Positions 29,395 through 38,921 of a stretch of 64,000 nt of DNA are shown here, piece by piece. Within the stretch, counting starts at the first letter, position 1. Each line of letters begins with the position of its first letter. The DNA comes from Gaiellaceae bacterium (GTDB lineage Bacteria; Actinomycetota; Thermoleophilia; Gaiellales; Gaiellaceae), in the NCBI GenBank assembly GCA_050697375.1, contig JBOGZQ010000006.1, positions 1,390 to 65,389 on the forward strand, given 5' to 3'. The position numbers and the translations under genes were made by a program. Under the pieces are notes generated by a model. That model was not told the origin of the DNA. It saw nothing but the letters and a program-made list of their open reading frames with translations, and searched no databases.

Positions 29395-31347
29395 GTGCAG
29401 GACGTTCTCGAGGTTCCGAACGAGGTTGCGGCGGAGCTCGCCGGGATCGGCGACGGCGTGCTCGACGCGCTCCGCGACCGGCTCGGCTGCGCGGTCAACC
29501 TCCGCGGCAACAGGCTGACGCTCGACGGCGACGAGGCCAAGGTGACCGAGGCCCGCGCGGTCGTCGAGGAGCTCGTCGAGCTCGTCGAAAGCGGGCAGGA
29601 GGTCGGCGCGGGAACGGTCGACACGATCCTCCACGCGATCGACCAGGCCGAGGACGTCCGCGACATCTTCGAGGACGTGATTTGGTCGCACCGGGGCAAG
29701 CGCATCACGCCGAAGACGGTGACGCAGAAGCGCTACGTCGACGCGATCCGCAGCTCGACGCTGACCTTCGGGATCGGGCCGGCAGGCACGGGCAAGACGT
29801 ACCTCGCCGTCGCACTCGCAGTCGCCGCGCTCTCGGAACGCCAGGTCGGGCGCATCATCCTCACCCGTCCCGCCGTCGAGGCGGGCGAGCGGCTCGGCTT
29901 TCTTCCGGGCGACGTCGCCGCGAAGGTCGATCCGTACATGCGGCCGCTCTTCGACGCGCTCTACGACACGATGGATCCCGAGCGCCTGAACACGTATCTC
30001 GAGCGCCAGACGATCGAGGTCGCGCCGCTCGCATTCATGCGTGGCCGCGCGCAACCGGTGTGGAGCGGAGTCCTGACGCCGGACGGCTTCAGGCCCATCG
30101 GGAGCTTGCGTATCGGCGATCTGGTCATCGGGTCGGATGGGTTCCCGACCCCCGTCCTTGGCGTCTATCCGCAGGGCCGGAAGGACGTGTTCCGCGTCCG
30201 CACGCAAGACGGTGCGTCGACGACGTGCTGCGGCGAACATCTGTGGCACGTGTTCACGCACGCAGACCGTCGGCGAGGAAAACCCGGCCGCGTGCTGGAG
30301 ACGCGAGAGATGATCGGGCATCTGCGGACGTTCCATCAGCATCGATTCGAGCTGCCCCTGCTCTCGGGGTCTGTCGAATTCGAGCCTCGCGATGTCCCGA
30401 TCGACCCGTATGCCCTCGGTTTGCTTCTTGGGGACGGCTGCCTCACGACGAGCACCACGCCGAGCTTCACGACCTCCGATCCGGAGCTCGCGCATGCTCT
30501 CGAGGCGTCACTCGACCGGATCGAGCTTCGCCACATCGACGGCCACCGCGGCGGCGTTATCGTCGCCAACCCTGTGACGGCTGCGCTTCGCGAGCTTGGA
30601 CCGGCGGGCAGGCGGTCGAGCACGAAATTCATTCCGGCCGCCTACCTGCGCAACTCGCCGGACGTCCGAATCGCGGTTCTTCAGGGCCTTCTGGACACGG
30701 ACGGCGGACCTGTAACGCAAAAGAACCGGACGTGCCGGATCCAGTACACGACGTGCTCGGCGAGGCTGCGCGACGACGTCGCGGATCTCGTTCGCTCTCT
30801 CGGCGGCGTCGTCTACTGGCGCGTGCTCGACGATGCATTCGTCATGGACATCCGACTGCCGTCTGCGATCGAGCCGTTCCGCCTTCGCCGGAAGCGCGAG
30901 ACCTACAACGAGCATGGCGGCGGTCGGCCGATGCGCTTCATCGACTCGATCGAGCCCGCCGGCGAGGAGGAGACTGTGTGCATCCAGGTCGCAGCGGCCG
31001 ACTCGCTCTATGTGACGGAGCACTACCTCCTGACGCACAACACGCTCAACGACAGCTTCATCATCCTCGACGAGGCGCAGAACACCTCGCCCGAGCAGAT
31101 GCAGATGTTCCTCACGCGCCTCGGTTTCGGCTCGAAGGTCGTCGTCACGGGCGACATCACGCAGGTCGACCTGCCGCGCGAGCAGGCGTCCGGCCTCATC
31201 CAGGTGCAGAACATCCTCGGCTCGATCGACGGCATCTCGTTCGTGCACTTCGGACATGAAGACGTCGTGCGGCACAAGCTCGTGCAGCGGATCGTCGAGG
31301 CGTACAAGCGGCACTCGGAGGAGACCGGGACGGCCCGGCGCCGGTGA
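29395..31347 (+). CDS. phoH: PhoH-like ATPase (YbeZ/PhoH) interrupted by an in-frame intein
   Basis: Track ORF of 650 aa. Exteins: GIGPAGTGKTYLAVA (Walker A) ...IEVAPLAFMRGR | intein | TLNDSFIILDEAQNTSPEQMQMFLTRLG (Walker B). Without the insert the protein is 319 aa, the normal PhoH size. Confidence 0.92.
   Translation: MQDVLEVPNEVAAELAGIGDGVLDALRDRLGCAVNLRGNRLTLDGDEAKVTEARAVVEELVELVESGQEVGAGTVDTILHAIDQAEDVRDIFEDVIWSHRGKRITPKTVTQKRYVDAIRSSTLTFGIGPAGTGKTYLAVALAVAALSERQVGRIILTRPAVEAGERLGFLPGDVAAKVDPYMRPLFDALYDTMDPERLNTYLERQTIEVAPLAFMRGRAQPVWSGVLTPDGFRPIGSLRIGDLVIGSDGFPTPVLGVYPQGRKDVFRVRTQDGASTTCCGEHLWHVFTHADRRRGKPGRVLETREMIGHLRTFHQHRFELPLLSGSVEFEPRDVPIDPYALGLLLGDGCLTTSTTPSFTTSDPELAHALEASLDRIELRHIDGHRGGVIVANPVTAALRELGPAGRRSSTKFIPAAYLRNSPDVRIAVLQGLLDTDGGPVTQKNRTCRIQYTTCSARLRDDVADLVRSLGGVVYWRVLDDAFVMDIRLPSAIEPFRLRRKRETYNEHGGGRPMRFIDSIEPAGEEETVCIQVAAADSLYVTEHYLLTHNTLNDSFIILDEAQNTSPEQMQMFLTRLGFGSKVVVTGDITQVDLPREQASGLIQVQNILGSIDGISFVHFGHEDVVRHKLVQRIVEAYKRHSEETGTARRR
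30049..31041 (+). mobile_element. 331-aa intein with LAGLIDADG homing endonuclease; Ala1, class 3-like W/C/T signature
   Basis: It starts AQPVWSGVLTPDG directly after FMRGR and ends YLLTHN before the +1 Thr. Block B-like CGEHLW has Trp at 30244-30246. Block F-like ETVCIQV has Cys at 30979-30981. The intein ends in THN. The two dodecapeptide motifs are PYALGLLLGDGCL and IAVLQGLLDTDGGP. Confidence 0.85.
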
Positions 31348-31718
31348 TCGCGGTCGAGGTCGACAACCGCTCCGGCGTTTCGGTCGACGAGGATGGTGCG
31401 GTCGAGCTCGTGCGGCGCGTCCTCGCCGCCGAAGGCGTCGACTCGGGAGAGGTCGGGCTCACGTTCGTCTCGCCGGACGAGAGCCGCGCGCTGAAGCGCG
31501 ACCATCTCGGCATCGACGAGGCGACGGACGCGCTCGCGTTCCCCGTCGACGGGCTCGATGAGCTGCCGCCGGAGTTGCCGCGACAGCTCGGCGACATCGT
31601 CGTCTGCCCCGAGGTGGTCGGTGTGGAATGGCGGGCGCCGATCGTCCACGCCGTCCTCCATCTCGTCGGCTACGACCACGGTGACGAGATGGAGACGCGG
31701 GAGGCGCTGCACCGATGA
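31344..31718 (+). CDS. ybeY: rRNA maturation endoribonuclease YbeY
   Basis: Track ORF of 124 aa. The metal site is HAVLHLVGYDH. GTGA overlap with phoH. Confidence 0.9.
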   Translation: MIAVEVDNRSGVSVDEDGAVELVRRVLAAEGVDSGEVGLTFVSPDESRALKRDHLGIDEATDALAFPVDGLDELPPELPRQLGDIVVCPEVVGVEWRAPIVHAVLHLVGYDHGDEMETREALHR

Positions 31719-32482
31719 CCGTGACGACGCCGCCGCCGCGCGAGCGCCCGCCGCAGTCGCCACCGCGCTCGCCGGGCCGCGCGCCGACGCTGCTCGACAG
31801 CTTCAACTACGCGTTCGAAGGGATCATCCACGTTCTTCGCACGCAGCGGAACCTGCGCCTCCACTTCGGGATCGCGGTCGTCGTCATCGGGGCCGCTGCG
31901 GCGGTCGGCGTCGCCCGAGACGACTTGATCCTCCTGCTGATGGCGATCGCCTTCGTCCTCGTCGCCGAGATGGTCAACTCCGCAATCGAAGGAGCGATCG
32001 ACGTGTCGACGACGTCGTTCGACCCGAACGCGAAGCTCGCGAAGGACATCGCCGCCGGTGCAGTGCTCATCGCCTCGGTGACCGCTCTCGCCGTTGGTTA
32101 TCTCGTCTTCGCGCATGCGATCGCACATCGCACCGCGCGCGTCCTCGACCGTGTCCGCGACGCGCCGGCAGAGATCACGCTCGTCTCGCTCGTGCTCGTC
32201 ACCCTCATCGTCATCGGGACGAAGGCGCTCACGCGAAGCGGGACGCCGCTGCGCGGCGGCCTTCCCTCCGGGCATTCCGGCATCGCCTTCGCCGGCTGGA
32301 TGGCCGCGACGTACGTCTCCGACGACCACCACCGCTTCCTCATCTCATCCCTGACGTTCGTGATGGCGTTGCTCGTCGCGCAGACGCGCGTCGAGTCGGG
32401 CGTTCACTCGCGCCTCGAGGTCCTCTACGGCGGCGTGCTCGGCGCACTCGTCACGCTCGTCGTCTTTCAGGTGCTGACGTGA
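31715..32482 (+). CDS. dgkA: diacylglycerol/undecaprenol kinase (DgkA) fused to a PAP2 phosphatase domain
   Basis: Track ORF of 255 aa. The N-terminal half has DgkA motifs (FNYAFEGI, VAEMVNSAIEGAIDV, AKDIAAGAVL). The C-terminal half has PAP2 motifs (LPSGHSGIAF, QTRVESGVHSRLEVLYG). ATGA overlap with ybeY. Confidence 0.8.
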   Translation: MTVTTPPPRERPPQSPPRSPGRAPTLLDSFNYAFEGIIHVLRTQRNLRLHFGIAVVVIGAAAAVGVARDDLILLLMAIAFVLVAEMVNSAIEGAIDVSTTSFDPNAKLAKDIAAGAVLIASVTALAVGYLVFAHAIAHRTARVLDRVRDAPAEITLVSLVLVTLIVIGTKALTRSGTPLRGGLPSGHSGIAFAGWMAATYVSDDHHRFLISSLTFVMALLVAQTRVESGVHSRLEVLYGGVLGALVTLVVFQVLT

Positions 32483-33123
32483 GCGATCACGTTCTCGAAG
32501 AGCAGCGCCGATACTACGCGGAGCGAGCGGCCGAGTACGACGACTGGTGGTTCAAGCGCGGGTTGTTCGCTCTCGATCCGGACGCCGAGAAACGCTGGTG
32601 GCACGACGTCGCCGAGGTGGAGGCGGCACTCGGACGCTTTGGGCGACTCGGCGAGGTGGTGGAGCTCGCGGCCGGCACCGGCATCTGGACGCGAAAGCTC
32701 GTTTCGGTCGCCGACCGGATCGTCGCTGTCGACGTGAATGCAGAGACGCTCGTGCGCAATACCCGGGAGGCGGAGCACGTGCACGCGGACGTGTTCGCAT
32801 GGCATCCGGGCGAGCAGTTCGACACCTGCTTCTTCTCCTACTGGCTGTCGCACGTTCCCGAGGAGCGGTTCGATCGGTTCTGGGCGCTCGTCCGTTCGTT
32901 GCTGCGGCCGGGTGGACGGGTCTTCCTGGTCGACACGCCGCCGGGCACTCACGAGCACGAGGGAGAGCTCGAATTGCGACAGCTCGCCGGCGGCCGACTT
33001 TTCGAGATCGTGAAGCGCTGCCGGCGACCGGACGAACTGACCGAGCGCGTCCTCGATCTCGGCTTCTCCCTCGAGCTGCAGATCACCTCCGGGGGGAACA
33101 TCTTGTACGGCGGTGGCGCGTGA
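32479..33123 (+). CDS. class I SAM-dependent methyltransferase
   Basis: Tail of track ORF 31558..33123 from the GTG at 32479 (GTGA overlap). Sequence: VVELAAGTGIWTRKL...AVDVNAE...LRPGGRVFLVD. Confidence 0.75.
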   Translation: MSDHVLEEQRRYYAERAAEYDDWWFKRGLFALDPDAEKRWWHDVAEVEAALGRFGRLGEVVELAAGTGIWTRKLVSVADRIVAVDVNAETLVRNTREAEHVHADVFAWHPGEQFDTCFFSYWLSHVPEERFDRFWALVRSLLRPGGRVFLVDTPPGTHEHEGELELRQLAGGRLFEIVKRCRRPDELTERVLDLGFSLELQITSGGNILYGGGA

Positions 33124-33491
33124 CCGGCGAGGAGCTCGTCGCACGCGCGACTGCGGCCGCCGCGCAGGCGTACGCGCCATACTCCGAGTACCTCGTCGGC
33201 GCGTCCGTCCTGACGAGTGACGGCCGCGTGTTCGACGGCGTCAACGTCGAGAACGCCGCCTATCCGCTCGGCGTCTGCGCGGAGCGCTCGGCGATCGTCG
33301 CGGCCGCGACCGCCGGCTTGCGGCCTGGAGAGATCGCAGCCATCGGGATCACCGCGTCGCCGTGCGGCGGCTGCCGCCAATGGCTGCACGAGTGGCGCAT
33401 CCCGCTCGTCGCGTTCCCGCGCGCGGACGGGACGCTCGCCGAGTACGCCGCCGACGAGCTGCTGCCCGACACCTGGGACCTTCCGGAGTGA
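33120..33491 (+). CDS. cdd: cytidine deaminase
   Basis: Tail of track ORF 32547..33491 from the GTG at 33120. Sequence: AYAPYSEYLVGASVLTSDGRVFDGVNVENAAYPLGVCAERSAI...ASPCGGCRQWL (CAE and PCGxC zinc motifs). Confidence 0.9.
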   Translation: MTGEELVARATAAAAQAYAPYSEYLVGASVLTSDGRVFDGVNVENAAYPLGVCAERSAIVAAATAGLRPGEIAAIGITASPCGGCRQWLHEWRIPLVAFPRADGTLAEYAADELLPDTWDLPE

Positions 33492-34393
33492 AAACCCCAG
33501 AAAGTGCTGCGCACTTTCCGGGGGCCCCGAAAACCAGGTCGGGCTTCGTCGCCGTCGCGGGACGGCCGAACGTCGGCAAGTCCACGCTCGTGAACGCGCT
33601 CTGCGGCGGCAAGGTCGCCATCGTCTCCGACAAGCCCCAGACGACGCGCCGGCGCATCTTCGGGATCGCGAACGGCGACGAATACCAACTCGTCCTCGCC
33701 GATCTGCCGGGCTTCCAGCGGCCGCGCGACGCGTTGACCGAACGCATGCAGCACACGGTCGACGCGGCCTTCGAGGATGTCGAGAGTGTGCTGTTCGTCC
33801 TTTCCGCGCGGGAGCGGATCGGCGCCGGCGACCGCTTCATCGCCTCGCGCGTCTACTCGCTCGGCGTGCCCGTCGTCATCGCGCTGAACAAGGTCGACCG
33901 GTTGAAGCCCGGCCATATAGCCGAGCAGATGAACGCTGCCGCGAGGCTCGGCGACTTCCACGCGCTCCATCCCGTGAGCGCGAAGACAGGCGACGGCGTT
34001 CCTGACCTCCGCGAAGAGCTCGTCGCGCTCCTGCCGGAGGGGCCGCTCTACTTTCCGCTGGAACAGCGAACCGACCTGTCGGAGGAGGCGCAGATCTCCG
34101 AGCTCATCCGCGAGAAGGCGCTCTGGCTGACACGCGACGAGATCCCGCACGCGATCTCGGTCGAGATCGACGAGATGGGGGAGAAGGCGATTCGCGCGCT
34201 GCTCCTCGTCGAGACGGAGTCGCAGAAGCAGATCGTCGTCGGCAAGGGCGGCGCGATCGTGAAGGACATCGGCACGCGCGCCCGCCCGGAAATCGAGGCG
34301 CTCGTCGGGCACCCGGTCTTCCTCGAGCTCGTCGTCAAGGTGCGGCCGCGCTGGCGCCGCGACGAGGCGGCGCTCGACCGCCTCGGCGTTTGA
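33488..34393 (+). CDS. era: GTPase Era
   Basis: Track ORF 33362..34393 from the GTG at 33488 (GTGA overlap with cdd). Sequence: SGFVAVAGRPNVGKSTLVNAL (G1), DLPG (G3), NKVD (G4), and a KH domain at the C-terminus. Confidence 0.93.
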   Translation: MKTPESAAHFPGAPKTRSGFVAVAGRPNVGKSTLVNALCGGKVAIVSDKPQTTRRRIFGIANGDEYQLVLADLPGFQRPRDALTERMQHTVDAAFEDVESVLFVLSARERIGAGDRFIASRVYSLGVPVVIALNKVDRLKPGHIAEQMNAAARLGDFHALHPVSAKTGDGVPDLREELVALLPEGPLYFPLEQRTDLSEEAQISELIREKALWLTRDEIPHAISVEIDEMGEKAIRALLLVETESQKQIVVGKGGAIVKDIGTRARPEIEALVGHPVFLELVVKVRPRWRRDEAALDRLGV

Positions 34394-34409
34394 CTTCCGC
34401 GACACTTTC

Positions 34410-34440
34410 AGGCCGGTACCTGGTACCGGCCTTTGGCTTT
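34410..34440. terminator. bidirectional terminator-like hairpin GGCCGGTACC-T-GGTACCGGCC followed by TTTGGCTTT
   Basis: Read directly from the sequence. It lies between the convergent era (+) and GH3 (-) genes. Confidence 0.6.
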
Positions 34441-34498
34441 CCACCGTGCGCCGCAGGCGACCGGTAAGGGTTACCCCGTCGTCTGTGTCAGGACTTCG

Positions 34499-35542
34499 TC
34501 ACGGGCAGTGCAGCCCGAGTGAGCTCTTGAGCGCGTCGATCCGCGTGATCGCCGCCGCGAGCTCGGCGCGGACGGCGGAGCTCGCCGCCGCGTCGTGCAC
34601 GAGGTCCGCATATGCCGCTTCGGTCGCGGTCGTCCTGCTGTAGAGCAGGAGGTCGACGCCCGCGGCGAGCGCGCGCCCCGGCTCGTCCGCGACGTGGTCG
34701 ACCGCGCCCGTGTCGAGCGCGTCCGAGACGACGACGCCGTCGAAGCCGAGCTGCTGCCGCAGAAGATCGGTGACGATCGCATGCGAGAAGACGGCGGGCG
34801 CGCCCGTCGGGTCGAGCGCGGGATACGACGCGTTCGACACCATCACGAGCTTCGTCCCCGCCGCGATCGCGGCCTTGAACGGCGCGAGCCTTGCGTCGAG
34901 GAAGGCCGCGCTGCGCGCGATCGTCACCGGACGGTCGTCGGTGCTCGCGACTGCGCTGCCGAGGCCGGGGAAGTGCTTCGCCGTCGCGGCGACGCCGCCG
35001 TGCTGCAGCCCGGAGACGAACGCACCCACGAGCCGCGCGACGGAAACCGGGTCGCTCCCGAACGAGCGTGTGCCGAGGAAGCTCCGGGGTGTCGAGATCG
35101 TGTCGGCAACCGGGGCGAAGTCGATCGCGATCCCCGCTTGGTGCATCGCCTGCGCCGCGGCCGCCGCCTGTGCCCGCGCGGCGGCCGTCGTTCCCATCGA
35201 CGCCGCGGCCAGCGTCGGCGATGCCCACGTGAGGCGGCGTACGCTGCCGCCTTCCTGATCGACGCCGACGAGGATCGGCGACCCGCGCTTCGTGCACGCG
35301 ACGTGCTGCAGTTGCCCGACTGCCGCGGCCGTCGCCTGCGGGCTCGTCCAGGAGCCGAGGAGGATGACGCCTCCGACCTGTCCGGCCGCGATGCGCGCGA
35401 GCAGCGACGACGTCGGCGCGCCGCGAAGAGGGGCGATCGTCACCTGGCCGGCGGGCGAGGCTGCGGCGGGCGCCGCCGCGACCGCCGCGAGGCTAAGAGC
35501 GGCCGCGCCGGCCAAGCCGGCACGGCCTCTTATGGCCGGCAT
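34499..35542 (-). CDS. secreted glycoside hydrolase family 3 (beta-N-acetylhexosaminidase, NagZ-like)
   Basis: Track ORF of 347 aa. A signal peptide is present (MPAIRGRAGLAGAAALSLAAVAAAPAAAS). GH3 motifs: GVDQEGGSVRRL and KHFPGLG. Confidence 0.8.
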   Translation of the reverse strand: MPAIRGRAGLAGAAALSLAAVAAAPAAASPAGQVTIAPLRGAPTSSLLARIAAGQVGGVILLGSWTSPQATAAAVGQLQHVACTKRGSPILVGVDQEGGSVRRLTWASPTLAAASMGTTAAARAQAAAAAQAMHQAGIAIDFAPVADTISTPRSFLGTRSFGSDPVSVARLVGAFVSGLQHGGVAATAKHFPGLGSAVASTDDRPVTIARSAAFLDARLAPFKAAIAAGTKLVMVSNASYPALDPTGAPAVFSHAIVTDLLRQQLGFDGVVVSDALDTGAVDHVADEPGRALAAGVDLLLYSRTTATEAAYADLVHDAAASSAVRAELAAAITRIDALKSSLGLHCP

Positions 35543-35554
35543 CGCAAGCGAAGC

Positions 35555-36724
<1,170 letters not shown>

Positions 36725-36755
36725 GCAGTCTATACCGGGTCCCCGGCTGGATCGC

Positions 36756-36771
36756 AATGGCATTGACCAAT
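36756..36771. promoter_or_regulatory. dre-like (DasR-type) operator AATGGCATTGACCAAT
   Basis: It shares 13/16 positions with the 40705 site and 11/16 with the Streptomyces dre consensus A(C/G)TGGTCTAGACCA(C/G)T. It lies in the msiK / GntR divergent spacer. Confidence 0.45.
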
Positions 36772-36801
36772 TTTGGGAGACTGGGCTATAGTCCGCCGGC
36801 C

Positions 36802-37518
36802 ATGAGCGTGCAGAAGGTGACGAAGCAGAGCCACACGCGCCAGCAGGTCCTCGACCTGGTCCAGCAGCTCGGCGTTGGCAGCGCGATCCCGTCCGAGCGC
36901 CAGCTGAGCGCCGACCTCGGCGTCTCGCGGCTCACCGTCCGGGCGGCGCTCGACGACCTCGCCCGCGAGGGCTATGTCGTCCGGCGGCGCGGCAGCGGCA
37001 CGTACGTCCAGCAGCCGAAGATCTCCCAGGAGCTCACGATCACCTCGTTCAGCGAGGACATGCGGCGCCGCGGCATGGTCCCCGGCAGCAAGACGCTCTC
37101 GATGGAGACCATCCTCGCCGGGGCCCGCCTCGGGCGGTTCCTCCAGGTCTCCCCATCCGAGCCGATCCTCGTGATCAAGCGGCTTCGGCTCGCCGACGGC
37201 GAGACGATGGCGATCGAGACGCTTCACCTGCCGCAGGGGCTCGTCCCCGGTCTGACCGCCAAGGATCTCTCCGGATCCTTCTATGCGCTGCTCGAGGAGC
37301 GGTACGCGATCCACATCGCCTACGGCACGCAGGCGATCGAGCCGACGGTGACGAACGAGGAGGAGTCGGCTGCGCTCGGCGTGCCACTCCACTCGCCGGC
37401 ATTCCTCTTCGAGCGGACGAGCCTCGACGAGCGCGACCGCACGGTCGAGTTCGTCCACTCGGTGTACCGGGGCGACCGCTACCGCATCGTCACCAACCTG
37501 CAGCGGCCCCAGGGCTGA
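36802..37518 (+). CDS. GntR/HutC-family transcriptional regulator (DasR/NagR-like)
   Basis: Track ORF 36757..37518; the start is probably ATG 36802. The wHTH is IPSERQLSADLGVSRLTVRAALDDLAREGYVVRRRGSGTYV, followed by a UTRA effector domain. Confidence 0.85.
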   Translation: MSVQKVTKQSHTRQQVLDLVQQLGVGSAIPSERQLSADLGVSRLTVRAALDDLAREGYVVRRRGSGTYVQQPKISQELTITSFSEDMRRRGMVPGSKTLSMETILAGARLGRFLQVSPSEPILVIKRLRLADGETMAIETLHLPQGLVPGLTAKDLSGSFYALLEERYAIHIAYGTQAIEPTVTNEEESAALGVPLHSPAFLFERTSLDERDRTVEFVHSVYRGDRYRIVTNLQRPQG

Positions 37519-37577
37519 CCCATATTTCAAAGGGGTTGACACGGTTGGTCCGGTGTGCCAAGGTTCGGCCGTGGCCA

Positions 37578-37593
37578 ACTGGTATAGACCAAT
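37578..37593. promoter_or_regulatory. dre-like operator ACTGGTATAGACCAAT
   Basis: 14/16 match to the dre consensus ACTGGTCTAGACCACT. It lies 55 nt upstream of the binding-protein ATG. Confidence 0.55.
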
Positions 37594-37647
37594 CGGCGCT
37601 CTGACGGGCCACACCGCGAAGGGCGTCGACGGCTCGAGGAGACTTGC

Positions 37648-38898
37648 ATGAGAGTACGGGTTGTCATGGCGGCCGCTCTCGCCGTCGCGTTTGCGGTCGT
37701 TGCGACGACCGCCGGCGCGTCGACCGGGCGAGCCCAGGCCAACAAGCTGACCGTCTGGTTGCAGGTCGACGCACAGTCCGGTTGGCCGGACGTCGTCGCA
37801 GCTGCAAACCAGGAGTTCCAGCAGCAGAACCCCGGCTGGAGCGTCAATGTCCAGTATCAGAGCTGGGGCGACCATCTCCAGAAGTTCGACGCGACGATCG
37901 CGGGCAACGACACGCCCGACGTCATCGAGATGGGTAACACCGAGATGACGGCGTACATGTCGTCCGGCGCGTTCGCGGACCTCACCACCAGCAAGTCGCA
38001 GTTCCCGAACTCCGGGAGCTGGCTCGCCGGCCTCGCGAAGTCCGGGATGTACGGTGGCAAGCTGTACGGCGTGCCCTACTACGCCGGCTCGCGCGTCGTC
38101 ACGTATCGCTCCGACCTCTTCAAGAAGGCGGGCGTCGCGAAGGCGCCGACGAGCATCACGCAGTTCACCGCCGACCTCCTGAAGGTCGCCAAGATGGAGA
38201 AGGGCGTGAAAGGCTTCACGCCGATGTACCTCGCAGGCACCGACTGGTACAGCGCCCTCGACTGGGTGTTCGACTACGGCGGGTCGATCGCGACCACCCA
38301 CGCGCACAAGTGGGTCGGTACGCTCGATTCCCCGGCTTCGGTTGCAGGGCTGACCGCGTACAAGGACTTCTTCGGCAAGGTCGCGCTGAAGTCCGCGGCC
38401 ACGCTCGACGAGGCGAACCCCGCTCCGTACACCGTGTACTCGCAGGGCCTCACCGCGGCCATCCTCGGCCCGGCGTGGTTCAGCTGCTGCACGGGAACGA
38501 AGTACAAGTCGGTCACCGCGCAGTTCGTCATGCCGAGTCACGCCGGTGGTAAGCCGATCCCCGGCTTCCTCGGCGGCTCCGACCTCGCGGTGCCCGCGCA
38601 GAGCGGCCAGAAGTCGCAGGCGATGCAGTGGATCGGCGACTTCACGAACACGCAGAACGAGCAGTCGCTCCAGGCGAAGGGGAACATCCCGAACGCCACC
38701 AACCTGCTCGGTAACACCGTCAACGCCCGGGCTGCTGCGCGCAGCTGGTTCGTGCCGCAGGCGAAGCACTGGGTCGACGTCGAGAACGGGAACATCCTCC
38801 GGACGATGCTGGCTCAGATCCTCACCGGGAAGCTCTCGGTGAAGCAGGCGGCCTCCACCGCCAGCGCCAACATCGCGTACACGCTCAATCAGTCCTAG
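37648..38898 (+). CDS. extracellular solute-binding protein of a sugar ABC transporter (NgcE/DasA-like)
   Basis: Track ORF of 416 aa. It has a signal peptide, and the body is family-1 SBP-like (LTVWLQVDAQ..., IEMGNTEMTAYMSSGAFADL). Confidence 0.85.
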   Translation: MRVRVVMAAALAVAFAVVATTAGASTGRAQANKLTVWLQVDAQSGWPDVVAAANQEFQQQNPGWSVNVQYQSWGDHLQKFDATIAGNDTPDVIEMGNTEMTAYMSSGAFADLTTSKSQFPNSGSWLAGLAKSGMYGGKLYGVPYYAGSRVVTYRSDLFKKAGVAKAPTSITQFTADLLKVAKMEKGVKGFTPMYLAGTDWYSALDWVFDYGGSIATTHAHKWVGTLDSPASVAGLTAYKDFFGKVALKSAATLDEANPAPYTVYSQGLTAAILGPAWFSCCTGTKYKSVTAQFVMPSHAGGKPIPGFLGGSDLAVPAQSGQKSQAMQWIGDFTNTQNEQSLQAKGNIPNATNLLGNTVNARAAARSWFVPQAKHWVDVENGNILRTMLAQILTGKLSVKQAASTASANIAYTLNQS

Positions 38899-38921
38899 CC
38901 GGACGGCGGGCTGACCTAGAA

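Noticed and set aside
36725-36801. msiK RNA motif (actinobacterial 5' UTR structure) upstream of the msiK-like gene
   Set aside because: The spacer is only 77 nt and I could not fold a convincing conserved hairpin by eye. This needs an Rfam scan; I make no claim.
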